Part shown: positions 13,411-26,468 of the stretch, in pieces
How the letters are laid out: each line of letters opens with the position of its first letter
Numbering within the stretch: the first letter of the stretch is position 1
From: Eledone cirrhosa
Lineage: Eukaryota
Assembly (NCBI GenBank): GCA_964016885.1
Contig: OZ024758.1
Span: forward strand, 22,754,001-22,818,000
Reading direction: 5' to 3'
DNA: 64,000 bases
Program-made: the position numbers and the translations under genes
Notes under the pieces: model-generated
What the model was told of the DNA's origin: nothing
Database searches by the model: none
The model's input: the letters and a program-made list of their open reading frames with translations, nothing else

Positions 13411-13807
13411 ACCCTTTAGCATTTAAACTGGCCATATCCGGCCAGAATTTTCTCACCTCTTTCTGTCCAAACCAGCTGTAACTGGCCACTCATAACAACA
13501 TTAAGGTATTGTTCTCAAAATAAATAACATAAAAATCTCATAGATTCGATATTATGAGAGATAAAGCCGTTACTGTGAAAATACAATAGCAAATATTAAG
13601 TAATGTAAATGCTAAAGGGTTAAACCAGCAGTATCTGACCAAAATTTGTTCACCCCTTTCTGTAATTGGCCGCTCATACTGATGTTAAGGTATTGTTCTC
13701 AAAATAAATAATATCAAACTCTCATAGATTCAATATTATGTGAGGTAAAGCTTTTACCGTGAAAATATAATAGTAAATATAGAGGAATGTAAATGCTAGA
13801 GAGTTAA
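13411..13807. mobile_element. piggyBac-like MITE family 1 (one full copy plus a tandem partial copy)
   Basis: TTAA-CCCTTTAGCATTT...AAATGCTAAAGGG-TTAA terminal inverted repeats, about 210 bp. Confidence 0.8.
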
Positions 13808-14319
13808 TGTCTTCTCAAATGAATAAATGAACTATTTTAAGAATTTAAACTACATTGCTGTTTCAATTTGCTGGGAACTTTCTGATTCCTCTAGAGTTTC
13901 CTCAGTGTACACATGAAGATTACTTACGTACAAAAGCCAATATTTTTTAAATGTTAAAGACATAGGAAATAATTTGAGCAAATTATTATTAGAGAGAGAA
14001 AAAAAATGGAAAAGTCAACCTCGATGGGATTCGAAAGCATGATGAAATGAACTTAAATACTGTAAGATATTTAGTCTGGCATTTCATATTTTCCGTTGAT
14101 TTCAACTCCTTCGTAAAGTTCAAATAATAAGGAATATGTGTGTGTGTGAGTGAGTGTGTGTGTGTGTGTGTGTGTGGGTGTTAGTGTGTGTATTATTCCA
14201 AGTATAGATTTATTCTAGTGTAATGGATAACAGGTGAGAGATTTATCCATATTTCTTTCTTCTTTCTATCGTTCGTTATCTATCGTCTTTCGTCATCAGC
14301 TTGATGAAAATAACTGACT

Positions 14320-14322
14320 GAC

Positions 14323-14353
<31 letters not shown>

Positions 14354-14720
14354 TGGGAGAGAGAGAAAGAGAAAGAGATAGGAGACAGAGATGAGAGATG
14401 GAAGAGAAAAAGAGAGAGAGAGAAGAGAGATGGAAGAGAAAAAGAGAGAGAGAGAAGAGAGGAGAGAGAGAGAGAGAGAATGCAAAGGTAAAGCGAGAGA
14501 ACAGAAAAGAGATGAGAGAAAAAGACTGTAAAGGTAGAGAGAATGGAATATATATATATACAGAGAGAGAGAGAGAGAATAGATAAGTGAATAATATGAT
14601 GTGCAAGAGAATGCAAAGGTAAAGAGAGTGGAAGAAATAGAAAAGGTAGTGTGATAAAGAAACCGAATGAGAGAGACAGAGAGAGCTAGAGCAAGAGAGA
14701 GAAAGAGAGTGAGTGTGTGT
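14320..14720. repeat. (GA)n-rich degenerate microsatellite
   Basis: Direct reading of the sequence. Confidence 0.9.
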
Positions 14721-14954
14721 CAGTGCGTGTGTGCATGTGTCTCAGTGGTTCGTTCGGCTAGGATGAGTGAAAGAGACTGCAGTAAGGAATAAAATAAAAA
14801 TGTGACTAAGTAAGACAATTGATGAGAATGACTAATCTAGTACAGGCTAGCTTATCACAAACAGGATGATATCTCCCATTGGATGCTGTTAATGACCTCA
14901 TCAAATTTAAAATCTCAAATGACATTTAAAATTTAGTGAGTCGGTTTTAAACTT

Positions 14955-15770
14955 CTTCTTCATCGTCGTCGTCCACTTATTCCTGAGAGGGTCTTTGCTC
15001 AAACACTCCTACCAGAGGGTCCTGTCAGAAGCAACCGGCTTGATCCCATGCGCAACCAGCTGGATCCCATGCGCAACCAGCCAAGCTCATGGATGTTATG
15101 CAACCATCTTGCTTGGGGCACCCCTGGGTGTCTGTATAATGAAATAGCTTCTCAGACTAGCTTTCAAATTAGGACTTATAGAAAGAAGGTTCTACAAACA
15201 TACACTCGAATATATTCTTCTTCTTTGTCCACTTATTCCTGAGAGGGTCGTGGGGGCAGGGTCCTCAAACACTCCCTCCAACAGGTCCTGTCAGAAGCAA
15301 CCATCGCCAACCGATTCGGCTGGATCCCCAAGCGTGACCAGCCAAGCTCATGGTCTACCCCTGGGTCTCCTACCTGTTGGTTTTGCTGTAACATCTGTCC
15401 AACAATTCAATTCTTTCCTGAGACCTTCTAACCACAAAGATACACCTGAATAAACTCCTCTTTTCCCAGTTATTCCTGAGAGGGTCATAGGGGAGAGAAT
15501 CCTCAAACACACCTTCAAGAGTGTCATGTCAGAAGCAACAGGCTGGATCCCCAAGTGTGACCAGCCAAGCTCATAGATGTTAACCAACCATCTTGTTCAG
15601 GAGGGGTCTACCCCTACGTCTCTATACAATGAAATATCTTCTCAGAATAGCTTTCAAGGGGGTCTGTATAATGAAATAGCTTCTTAGACTAGCTTTCAAA
15701 TTAGGACTTATAGAAAGAAGGTTCTACAAAGAAACACCTAAATATATTCTTCTTCTTCTTCTTCTTCTTC
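14955..15770 (-). mobile_element. Locally triplicated and rearranged RTE-type 3' ends
   Basis: TTATTCCTGAGAGGGTC...TCAGAAGCAAC...GGATCCC recurs at about 14975, 15230 and 15470. Minus frame encodes GRRPRGRP, typical of RTE C-termini. Confidence 0.55.
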
Positions 15771-16282
15771 ACTAATCATGTGAGTACTCAATACATTGGA
15801 AGATGTAGAGTAGGTATAGAAATGTGTAAAATCTCGACTGCTTGGTGCTGTGGTCGGGGTTTTACACATCTCTGTATATATATATATATAAAAAACATGA
15901 GAAGAAAGAAGAATACTGCGTGGTTGCACATGGGTTACATATGATAAAATTCGTCCCTCGTCAGTGATTTGCCAACCATCATTGATATTTCATCGCATGA
16001 GAAGACGACGATTGTAGCAGCAATGAGAATAACTTGAATAATAGCAAGAAGAAGAAGAAGAAGAACTACCAGCTCCACCACCACCACCATCAACTGATAT
16101 AGTAACAATAGATGTAATACCCGCAAGAGAACACCAACAACAGTAACAACAACATTATCGACCGCAACAATTATAATAACAACAACAGCAACAGTAATAA
16201 CAACAGCATCAATAACGACCGCAATAATAACAACAACAGTACCAACAACAACAACATGTATATATACATATATACATACATG

Positions 16283-16492
16283 TAAAGTAGTCGTGTAGGA
16301 GACACGGTAAAAAGGCTCCCAGTCCACGCTGTAAATGTGGTTGGCGTTAGAAAGGGCATCCAGCCGTAGAAAACCTGCCCAAAACAGTTCTATAAGAGCA
16401 AGACACGGTCACCTGACCAATCTTGCCTCAAGTGGGACAAACCCGTCTAACCCATACCAGTGTGGAAGATGGACGTTAAACAAGGATGATGA
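16283..16492 (+). mobile_element. RTE-tail retroposon module (family D)
   Basis: GGTTGGCGTTAGAAAGGGCATCCAGCCGTAGAAA...ACCCGTCTAACCCAT...GGACGTTAAA plus (GAT)n tail. Further copies near 22651, 27720, 36184, 37030, 46245, 50535 and 62484. Confidence 0.8.
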
Positions 16493-16498
16493 TATATA

Positions 16499-17364
16499 CA
16501 GGGTGCCATCGATATCTGTTCGCAAGATTACTGTCTAGGAAAAATAACACAGTAGTTTTATCAAACTTGGGTCAGTTTGTCTTCATGACTTGTTCTTTCG
16601 ATCTCACTCGATAAACCCGCCATTGGCTTTGATGACGGCCTCAAGGCGGCCTCGGAACCAGCTACAGACCTTCATCACTGTCCCCCGACTTAGGCCCCTA
16701 AAGGCACTTGTGATCCTGGCCTTCAGATCGTCTTTCGTATTGCAGCTAGATCTGTTGGTGTCTCGTTCCACTGCGCCCCACACCAAGAGGGCGTTGCAGT
16801 CAGGCGAGCTGGGAGGCCAGATGTCAGGTGAAGTGTGGTCGACAAAGTTCTCTGACAGCCAGGCTTTGGTCTTTCGGCTGGTATGGCAGGGCACTGAGTC
16901 TTGCTGCCACATGTACGGCCTATCTGCAGCTACCTGGTCGATCCAGGGATTTACTACCTCGCTCAGAACGCGGATGTAGCCACCGGTGTTCAGCTTGAGG
17001 CCCTCATGGAAGAGGTGAGGTCGCATGATGTCACCTTGACTGCTGACGACACCTAAGACCAATGTTGTCGCTGGAAACTTTGTCTGCATGACTCTGGGCA
17101 CGTCTTTGGATGAGACAGCGAGCCACCTGTTGTTCTGGGAGTTGATCTTCTGGTCTTATTTGTCCTCCCGGCACGGATTCCAAGAAGAACTCCGTGTTTC
17201 TTCTACAAATTTGGAGGTTCAAAATTATTCATAATCAATTATTCTGAAAATAAATAATGGAAATATAGTCACTGTTTTTATGATGACAAGAGTGACAACG
17301 GAAGTAAAAAAATTTGCATAAAATTACCAGTTGAAAATTGCGAACAAATATCGTCTGCACCCTG
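16499..17364 (-). mobile_element. Internally deleted Tc1/mariner transposon, DD37D (maT) type
   Basis: TA-flanked TIRs CAGGGTG..CGATAT.TGTTCGCAA. ORF 16604-17101 has WQQDSVPCH...WPPSSPDCNAL with 37 residues after the second Asp; the third Asp and the N-terminus are lost. Confidence 0.9.
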
Positions 17365-17427
17365 TATATATATATATATATATACACGATATTAAACAAA
17401 TGGAAACTATATTTATAAAACCATATT

Positions 17428-17493
17428 TATTTCATTATATATATTTCAGGGATATCATATTAAAAATATGGTATGCCTTCCTCAGACAAAATA
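17428..17493 (-). ncRNA. Type I hammerhead-like motif with long stem II (copy of 26469-26534)
   Basis: tattttgt-CTGAGGA-aggcataccatatt/aatatgatatccct-GAAA-tatataTA-atgaaata. Confidence 0.55.
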
Positions 17494-17577
17494 CAATATA
17501 TAAACTGTTTTATAAATAAATTTGCTCGTTGTAATAATATTTACTCGTTGTAACCCAACAATTTTAAATAAAACTTT

Positions 17578-17645
<68 letters not shown>

Positions 17646-18125
17646 TATATATACACACACACACATACACACATACATACATATACACACCCACACATAT
17701 ATAGGGTACTGGTTATTTTCCAATAACTAAATAGTAGTAATGAATATAAGGAAATAACAAAAGAAGTATGTTGGTTATATACTAACATACTTAATATCAT
17801 AAAGTTGTTCAGTTAGTATGTAGTTGTTTAGTAGCTGGACTGATTGTGCCAGGATTCAATAACATTGATCTCAACACTATTAATAGTGACTTTTATGAAC
17901 AGAACAGCTATAAAAATAAATGTCTCTATGCTATTGAAATCCAACTTAACAAAACTAGTGCCAGCTTAAAACCTAAACCAAAACTGAGCCAAAGTATGAC
18001 ACTGTTGTATCAAGTCTTCTTTGTCTTATCAAGTAATGGAATGGTGTATGTATGCTTGGACACCGTCATTCCTGATGGGATTGTAGAGGCACTGTCATGA
18101 CATACAGCATGTCATGGACAATTTA

Positions 18126-18486
18126 ACCTTTAGCATTTACATTACTCTATATTTTCTATTGTATTTTCACGGTAAAGGCTGTATCTCACATAATATAGGA
18201 TCCATGAGATTTTGAGAACAATACCTAGTATGAGCAACCGGTTACAGCCAGTTTGAACAGAAAGAGGTGAGAGAATTCTGGACGGATACAGCAGTTTGAC
18301 CAGAAAGAGGTGAGAGAATTCTGGTCAGATACAGCTTGCTTGACCAGAAAGAGGTGAGAGAATTCTGGTCAGATACAGCTTGCTTGACCAGAAAGAGGTG
18401 AGAAAATTCTGGCTGGATACAGTCAATTTGACCAGAAAGAGGTCAGAGAATTCTGGTCAGATACAGCTGGTTTAAATGCTAATGGG
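18126..18486. mobile_element. piggyBac-like MITE family 1 with an internal 44-bp array (about 5 copies)
   Basis: TTAA/TTAA ends; GACCAGAAAGAGGTGAGAGAATTCTGGTCAGATACAGCTTGCTT tandem at 18255-18470. Confidence 0.8.
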
Positions 18487-18683
18487 TTAACTTATGTGGC
18501 TGTGAAAAATATATATCAGAAAGTTCCATGTAACACACTGGGTCCTATCCAGGAGTAGAGTTGTCTCTCATTTGGTTATTGCTACAGAAACTGAAACTAT
18601 GGACCAGTCCAAATCCTGTGAAAGTATTAACTCTTACAACCCTGATATAATCATGAGTGATGTGGGGTTTTTTTTTCAGTATA

Positions 18684-19200
18684 CAGTTGTCCCCTGGTAT
18701 TGGCAGGGGTTTACATTCTTAGAGCACCCGAGAAGAGTGAAAAACCGCGAATATTGGACGTGGTCCATAAAAATGCCTATAAACTTCAAAATATAATGTA
18801 AAATATAATAAAAAAAAAAGAGGGACCATCTTATGCAAAGGGGTGTCAAATAGGCTGGCAAATATGGTATACTGTTATTAATAATTTTTGCCTTATAAAA
18901 GCCATAAAAAAAATCACGGAAGATATTTATGATTCCGAGAATATCAAAATATAATGTAAAATATAATTAAAAAAAAAAGAGGGACCATCTTATGCAAAGG
19001 GTGTCAAATAGGCTGGCAAATATGGTATACTGTTATTAATAATTTTTGCCTTAGAAAAGCCATAAAAAAAATCACGGAATATATTTATGATTCTGAGAAT
19101 ATGTGGTGGTTTCCACAAACAATTATTAGTTAGGTTCTAAGGAAAATTCCACAAATGACTGGGACCATGGATGTCTGGACAGCAAATGCATGGCGTATAT
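18684..19200. mobile_element. Tigger/pogo-like non-autonomous element with an internal duplication of about 158 bp
   Basis: TA-CAGTTGTCCCCTGGTATTGGCAGGGG start resembles Tigger termini; 18786-18943 is repeated at 18944-19100; right end degenerate. Confidence 0.5.
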
Positions 19201-19599
19201 GGTTTTATAATATAGTAAGCATTCCACCATTCAATTTAGTCTCAACATTTCTGTAAAGTCTTGTCTTTACTTATCAAGTTGATGGTATTTCCTGATGACA
19301 GTCCAGTAGACAGATAACATCTAGTTATGTCTACTACACAGCACAAGTATATCCCGCACTTGCTTTTAGTACACTTTCAAGCCAAACAATAATACTCCTA
19401 TCCATTTATTTGCTCTAAAGAGATATGAGAACAGAAAACAGTAATAACATTCCATAATACAAACTCCTCTTTTTACACTTAATTCTCTACTACAAGACAT
19501 CTTAAAACAAAACTATCTTTTGTGAACAGCAATGAGGAACAGTTCAAGGCCAAGAATAACCGGAAGACACAGCCATAGTTATTTTAGTTTTAAGACATT

Positions 19600-20965
19600 T
19601 TCATCATCATCGCCGTCATCATCGTTTAACGTCCACTTTCTGCGTTAGCATGGGTTAGACGGGTCGTCCCATTTGAGGTTAAGTTGGGTCAGGTGATTGT
19701 CTCTTACTCATAACCCTTTAGCTTTTACATTACTCTATACTTACTATTGTATTTTCATGGTAAACACTTTACTTCACATAATATTGTATCTATGAGATTT
19801 TGATGTTATTCATTTTGAGAACAATACCTTAACATCAGTATGAATGGCCAGTTAGAGCCAGTTTTAACAGAGAGAGGTGAGAGAATTCTGGCCAGTTACA
19901 GCCGGTTTAAATGCTAAAGGGATAAAGGACTGTTTCTGGTTAGATTTCTACCGCTGGATGCCCTTCCTAACACCAACCACATTTATAGTGTGTGCTAGGT
20001 GCTTTTTGTCATGACTCCTTACGACCACTTTATACTGTAGGCTGGGTGATTTTTATCATGATTCCTACATGACCACTTTGCAGTATGGGCTGGGTGTTTT
20101 TTGTTGTGACACCTACATGACCATTTTACAGTGTGGGCTGGGTGATTTTTGTCATGACACCTACATGACCACTTTACAGTGTGAGCTGGGTGCTTTTTGT
20201 TGTGACACCTACATGACCACTTTACAGTGTGGGCTGGGTGATTTTTGTCATGACACCTACACGGCTACTTTACAGTGTGAGCTGGGTGATTTTTGTTGTG
20301 ACACTTACATGACCACTTTACAGTGTGGGCTGGGTGATTTTTGTCATGACACCTACATGACCACTTTACAGTGTGGGCTGGGTGATTTTTGTTGTGACAC
20401 TTACATGACCACTTTACAGTGTGGGCTGGGTGATTTTTGTCATGACACCTACACGACCACTTTACAGTGTGGGCTGGGTGATTTTTTTGTCATGACACCT
20501 ACACGACCACTTTAAAGTGTGGGCTGGGTGATTTTTGTCGTGACACCTACATGACCACTTTACAGTGTGGGCTGGGTGATTTTTGTTGTGACACCTACAT
20601 GACCACTTTACAGTGTGGGCTGGGTGATTTTTGTCATGACACCTACACGACCACTTTACAGTGTGGGCTGGGTGATTTTTTTGTCATGACACCTACACGA
20701 CCACTTTACAGTGTGGGCTGGGTGATTTTTGTCGTGACACCTACACGACCACTTTACAGTGTGGGCTGGGTGATTTTTGTCGTGACACCTACACGACCAC
20801 TTTACAGTGTGGGCTGGGTGATTTTTGTCGTGACACCTACATGACCACTTTACAGTGTGGGCTGGGTGATTTTTTTGTCATGACACCTACACGACCACTT
20901 TACAGTGTGGACTGGTTGCTTTTTGTCATGACACCTACACGACCACTTTACAGTGTGGGCTGGGT
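19600..20965 (-). mobile_element. Family D retroposon module interrupted by a MITE (19714-19921) and carrying a 48-bp array of about 20 copies
   Basis: (CAT)n tail at 19600; MITE flanked by ATAA/ATAA; array unit GACACCTACACGACCACTTTACAGTGTGGGCTGGGTGATTTTTGTCAT at about 19990-20965. Confidence 0.88.
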
Positions 20966-21713
20966 ATGTTTTGTTCACAGTGTAAGGGCGGTGTGGATAG
21001 GAGTGGGTATAGTGGTTACGAGTTGCCTACTAGATGTATATTTAAGTCTGTGTGCATGGGTAGGCGTGTCGTCTGTATTACTGCATAATGCCAAAGATCT
21101 CGATCCTGTGTCATTATCTTTGAGATTTTATTTAAGACAATCGTCAAATATAAACATAGTTAATTAAAAAGAGATAATTTATTTACAAACGTCACTTGTC
21201 TTGAACGACATATGAGAATTTCCCATGTATGTCCAACAGTTAGCAGATATGAAAGTACCTAAATTCTACTTTAACATTTAATCTTCAGTAATTCATAAGG
21301 GTGGACATTGATACACATTATAGCTAAATGATTTACTATAGAAATTTTACATGTAAATCTAAATATATAAATAAATTAATAAAACCATAGGCTAATTATT
21401 TCAGTTCAATGATTATTGTATATTTATTTAAAGTAGATTAAATTTAGATAAAGTTGAATTAGCAAAGTCATTTGAAATACTCACATTTACAGTGTGGAAC
21501 TGGATGGCTCTGTTATGAGGAGGGACAGGCCAGTTGGCCGCGCCGAACCTGTCTCACAACGGAACCATATTTTCGAAGCCCGACCCATCACACAGTGGAA
21601 CCATAGTTTAGGGGGCTGGTACTGGATGGCCCCAATACGAGGATCCTAACCAACCTTTTTTTTAATCTGTTAGTCAGTGAAAACAACTCTTGTCTCCCAA
21701 AATCCTATAATTA

Positions 21714-21882
21714 CCGTATTTCCCAGCGTCGAAGACGCTACTTTTTTCCTAAAGTAAGTCTCAAAAATCTACCATGCATTCTGGAAACCGAAGGTTGTTT
21801 ATTATTTTTTTCTCAAATTTTTGGTTGTCAAAACTAGGGTCCGTCTTCGAGGATGAAGCGTCTTCAGCGCCGGGAAATACGG
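21714..21882. mobile_element. Tc2/pogo-like MITE
   Basis: TA-CCGTATTTCCC.GCG..GAAGACGCT ... GGGAAATACGG-TA inverted termini. Confidence 0.85.
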
Positions 21883-22519
21883 TATATTCAAACAGTAAAC
21901 TTTAAAATCTTTCTTTTACTTCTACTACATTCATTTTCATATATTCTTTTTATATTCTGTAACCCTGCAATTTCAGGAACAATTTCTTTGCATAAAAAAT
22001 GTTAAATTGTTATCAATATCAATCTATTTTTTATCTCTTACCATTGAAAGAGGCCCAGCCCTTACTTTGTAAAGCAACAGATACTAAATGATTAAAACTA
22101 ACCAGACAAAAGAAAACACAACAGCTTGCTACCCACTCAGAATCAACATGTCTATCTATGAGTCTGCTGTAAGAATAACATAAAAGATTATTCAATAAAT
22201 TTACAAGAAAATTCTCTTCCCACAATACACACATATGCACGCACGCACGCGCACACACACATGCACACACATATTTTTAATGAATATTTAACTGTGTTCT
22301 TGCAACAGCCACGGGATACCACATCTATGATGAATGATTTGCATAACGTTGAGTGCTTTAAATCACTACATCATCGTTTACTAACCCGAATCACCAGTTC
22401 TACCAATTGGTAAACAACTTAACATAAATGGTATATATTTTTTATTATATATATATATGTATAACAAAGAGGGTGTGCACCAGAGTACTCAATACTTGGG
22501 GTAGTAGAGTGGATAATAG

Positions 22520-22636
22520 GAAAAGATTCAGGACCCCAACAGCTGAGCTCCGGCCATTTCGACAGCTAGATCTGAACTGTTCAGATCTAGCTGTCGAAAT
22601 GGCCGGAGCTCAGCTGTCGGGCTCCTGAATCTTTTC
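22520..22636. repeat. Near-perfect 58-bp-arm palindrome made of hammerhead 3' halves
   Basis: 22520-22577 is the reverse complement of 22579-22636 with 2 mismatches and a 1-nt spacer; homologous to 33030-33118. Confidence 0.9.
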
Positions 22637-23394
22637 ATATATATATATATCATCATCATCGTTTAACGTCCATGTTCCACGCTTGCATGGGTTTGGACGG
22701 GAGTTTTCCCACTTGAGGCAAGAGTGGTTGTCTTGCTCGCATAGGACTGTCTGGCGGGTTTTCTACGGCTGGATGCCCTTCCTAACACCATCCACATTTA
22801 CAGTGTGGATATATATAAGGTAAACAGGAAAACAAAAATAACAAAACAAACAGCACAGTACCTAGAACAAATATATTAGTTTAATGCTGAAAAAGCAGCA
22901 AGAGGGACTTAACATTTCAAACACTAGTCCTATCTAGAGAAAATCATCAACAGTGTTTTTTTTATTCTCTTACTATCTTAAAAATCCCTCAAACCAAACA
23001 TTCATTTATTGTAATACTAAGAAATAAATAAATAAGATTTTTTAAAAAAATATTCAAGTTACAATCAATATTCAGAATTAAAATTGCTATTAAATTTTTA
23101 GTTAAATGTTACAGAAATTATCCTTATTTCAAAAATAGAAATTTGATGCACATTTGCCATTTCAAACTAATTTATATGGCATCCTTGTCTAAATTTAATT
23201 ATTTTCTTCATATCATTAGCAATAATCAATTACTATTTGCCACAGACTTCCAGGAGGTACAGAAACTCACTGTTACAAGAGAATTCCTATAAATAGGAAG
23301 GAGAGGGGGGGGGGCATTGAGAAGGTCAAGGAGGTACTGGGGATTAAGTGGGTGGTAGAGATGAGATAATAGTATATTAAATATCAAATTATAC

Positions 23395-23655
23395 ATATTA
23401 TATATAAATATATTTTATTATATATAAATATAGTAAATATTATATATAAATATATTTTAGTAAATATTATATATAAATATATTTTATTATATATAAATAT
23501 AGTAAATATTATATATAAATATATTTTATTATATATAAATATAGTAAATATTATATATAAATATATTTTATTATATATAAATATAGTAAATATTATATAT
23601 AAATATATTTTAGTAAATATATATAAATATATTTTATTATATATAAATATAGTAA
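23395..23655. repeat. AT-rich short tandem repeat
   Basis: Repeating TATTATATATAAATATAGTAAATATTATATAAATATATTT units. Confidence 0.85.
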
Positions 23656-23690
23656 AATAAAAAATATATAATATTTATTTATACATAGTA

Positions 23691-23859
23691 CCACATTTCC
23701 TGGCACAGAAGACGCTTCGTCCTCGATGGCGGACCCTAATTTTGACAACCAAAAATTAAAAAAAAGATAATAAACAACCTTCGGGCCTCCAGGGCTCATG
23801 GTAGATTTCTGAGACTTATTTTAGGAAAAAAGTAGCGTCTTCGATGCCGGGAAATACGG
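23691..23859. mobile_element. Tc2/pogo-like MITE, inverted copy of 21714-21882
   Basis: Reverse-complement match; TA flanks. Confidence 0.85.
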
Positions 23860-23887
23860 TATATATTATAATATTTATTATATATGA

Positions 23888-24080
23888 GGGTGGTGGATTG
23901 GCAGTATCGGTAGAGGGTCGGACGCCATGCTTTCCAGCATAGTTACGTCCCTTTACGATCTGAGTTCAAATCCCGCCGCGGTTGACTTTGCCTTTCATCC
24001 TTACGGGGTCGATAAAATAAAGTACCAGTAATGCACTGGGATAATTGCTGGCCTTGTGCCTAAAGTAGAAACAATTATTT
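23888..24080 (+). mobile_element. tRNA-derived SINE family B, full length
   Basis: A box TGGCAGTATCGG, B box GAGTTCAAATCC, middle GCCTTTCATCCTTACGGGGTCGATAAAATAAAGTACCAG, tail AGAAACAATTATT. Other copies near 25240, 30378, 43555, 44435 and 57199. Confidence 0.88.
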
Positions 24081-25027
24081 ATTATATATGAATTAATGAT
24101 TTTATTTATTATATATTATTTACAATTTGTGTCTTGGCAGGTGTCTCTGGAAATAGGAGTGGGGTGGGTGGGTGGGTACTGAGGGTATTACATGGCCATA
24201 AGTGGGGGGGGGGGGGCAAAAGGTTTGAGAACCTCTGCTGTAAACCATAAGGTCTTTTTACAATAGCTACTAGAATTAAATTGAAGGGAAAAATAGAAAA
24301 AAACTTTTTAAGCAGATGAATGGATTACACAGAATGGCGGCAGAGGGTGCCAGTGGGGGAAGAAAGACCAAGATAATTTCCAAGGATGTAATTGAAAGTC
24401 ATTGTTACAAAGTTTGGGGTCAGACAGACTGCTACACTGGCTGTCAGACAGACATACTAGGCCAGCCATAACAAGCACCTAAGAATTAGAGCAAGTATCA
24501 GCAGGGGAAAGACAGAACAGATAGAATTAAAATTTGCTCTAGAAATCACTTTGTATGCCTGGCAACAGACAGCTAGGTAATATGTTTTTAAGTAAGCTTA
24601 TCTGCCCTATCAGGTGAACGTATTATGCACTACATAAAAGCATCCCACTACAAACTGTGTCAATATATATATATATACATAAAATGTATGTATGCATGCA
24701 TGTACACATATAAGCCATCTGTGTGTAAGCCTATGCACACACACACACAGACATACACACAGACACAGACACACAGACACAGACACACACACACACACAC
24801 ACGCACACACAGACACAAACATGCACGCACACACACATACAGACACACACACAGACACACACATGCACACACACACAGACACATACAGACATACACATGC
24901 ACACACAGACACACACGTATACTACATAAGCGAAAATATGATTCCTATCCAGACAGATATGATTAAGGATTTTCTCAAGTCTGTGAAAGCTGTATATAAA
25001 GGAAAGCAGTGGAGTTAGCCTAAATAA

Positions 25028-25067
<40 letters not shown>

Positions 25068-25069
<2 letters not shown>

Positions 25070-25190
25070 AGTCCCGTAACTCCTGATAGAGTCATAAGGG
25101 TGCTGTATTGACATACAGCGTTTTGGGGGCATTTTTAAGCCTGGCAGAGCCCACCCCTCTCCAGGCCTGAGTACAGCAGATTTCTTCCAG
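25068..25190 (-). mobile_element. Unclassified retroposon 3' end
   Basis: Reverse-complement homology to 44685-44821, which ends in a (CCATA)n tail. Confidence 0.6.
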
Positions 25191-25897
25191 AGAAAGATGG
25201 AAAGAGAGAGGAAATGAAAAAGAAATATAGAGGAAGAATCAACCCCAGTACTTTTATATCGACCTCGAAAGGATGAAAGACAAAGTTGACCTCTCCAGGA
25301 TTTGAACTCAGAGAGCAGAGAGTCGGAATAAATACCATAAATATTCTATCTGACATTCTAATGACTCTGCCAATTCATCGCCTAGCCTGAATAAATTACT
25401 AAATTTATTGCCAAAATCTCTCACAAAAAATATAATGCTATATTACAAAATAACAGCTAGTTAATGAAAGTGGCCCAAGTCTATCACTAATTATAATATT
25501 TTGTAGAGCAAACCAAACTTGAAATCAGCTAAGCCACTCAGAAGCAACAAACAAATCTCCCTCAAACCACATAACCTGGCAGCTTTAAAAATCAACAACA
25601 ACAACAACAACAGAAACCAACTAGTTAATGTAGTCCTAGATAATAAGATAGCATGGTGACAGCTGGGACACTTTTTTTTTTATATCCTAAGTCTGTGCAA
25701 TCAGGGCTGACCTGGGTTTAAACAAAGTAAAAGCAGTCACCTATTTTTAACAAATCCCCCAGACAAAACTTTTGTAGAACATCGAAACCTGAGATTTTAT
25801 ATTAAATACATTAGTAGTTAAATTTGGTTGAATCTACTTTATATAGTAATCTGATAATCTAAGAGATGAATTAGGAAAAAAAATATCATCATTATCA

Positions 25898-25936
<39 letters not shown>

Positions 25937-26186
25937 AGGAGACTGAGGTGGTATGGACATGTGATGCGCATGGAGGATGACTGATGGGTGAACAAGTGCC
26001 AGGAAATGCCAGTTGAAGGAAGACGTGGTAGAGGTAGACCACGAAAAACATGGGCGGAGGTGGTGAGAACAGACCTCAGATCGCTCAAGCTCACGGTGGA
26101 GATGACGAAGGACCGTGACAAGTGGAGAGATGCTGTGCTGAATAAGACCCGTCCCACCCTTGCAAGCAGGGGAAAGCGGAAGTAAA

Positions 26187-26232
<46 letters not shown>
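25937..26232 (+). mobile_element. RTE LINE 3' end (here called RTE-2)
   Basis: Encodes RLRWYGHVMRM...GRRGRGRPRKTWAEVVRTDL...DRDKWR and ends in (ATG)n. A short minus copy lies at 41654-41737. Confidence 0.9.
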
Positions 26233-26233
<1 letters not shown>

Positions 26234-26266
26234 AGATATATGCTAGTACAAAGAGAGGTGTTTTAT

Positions 26267-26304
<38 letters not shown>

Positions 26305-26363
26305 AATAAAGTAATTCCGTCGGAAAAGTCCAGGAAAAAAGAGATGATAAAAAAGAGATTTTA

Positions 26364-26430
<67 letters not shown>

Positions 26431-26468
26431 ATTAAATAAATGGAAAACTATATTTATAAAACCATATC

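Noticed and set aside
17846-18100. 84-aa ORF in unique sequence
   Set aside because: No recognisable motif or convincing splice context; length compatible with chance.
22326-22373. ATGATGA-starting hairpin as C/D snoRNA or SECIS
   Set aside because: No box D with a terminal stem at a suitable distance and no SECIS geometry.
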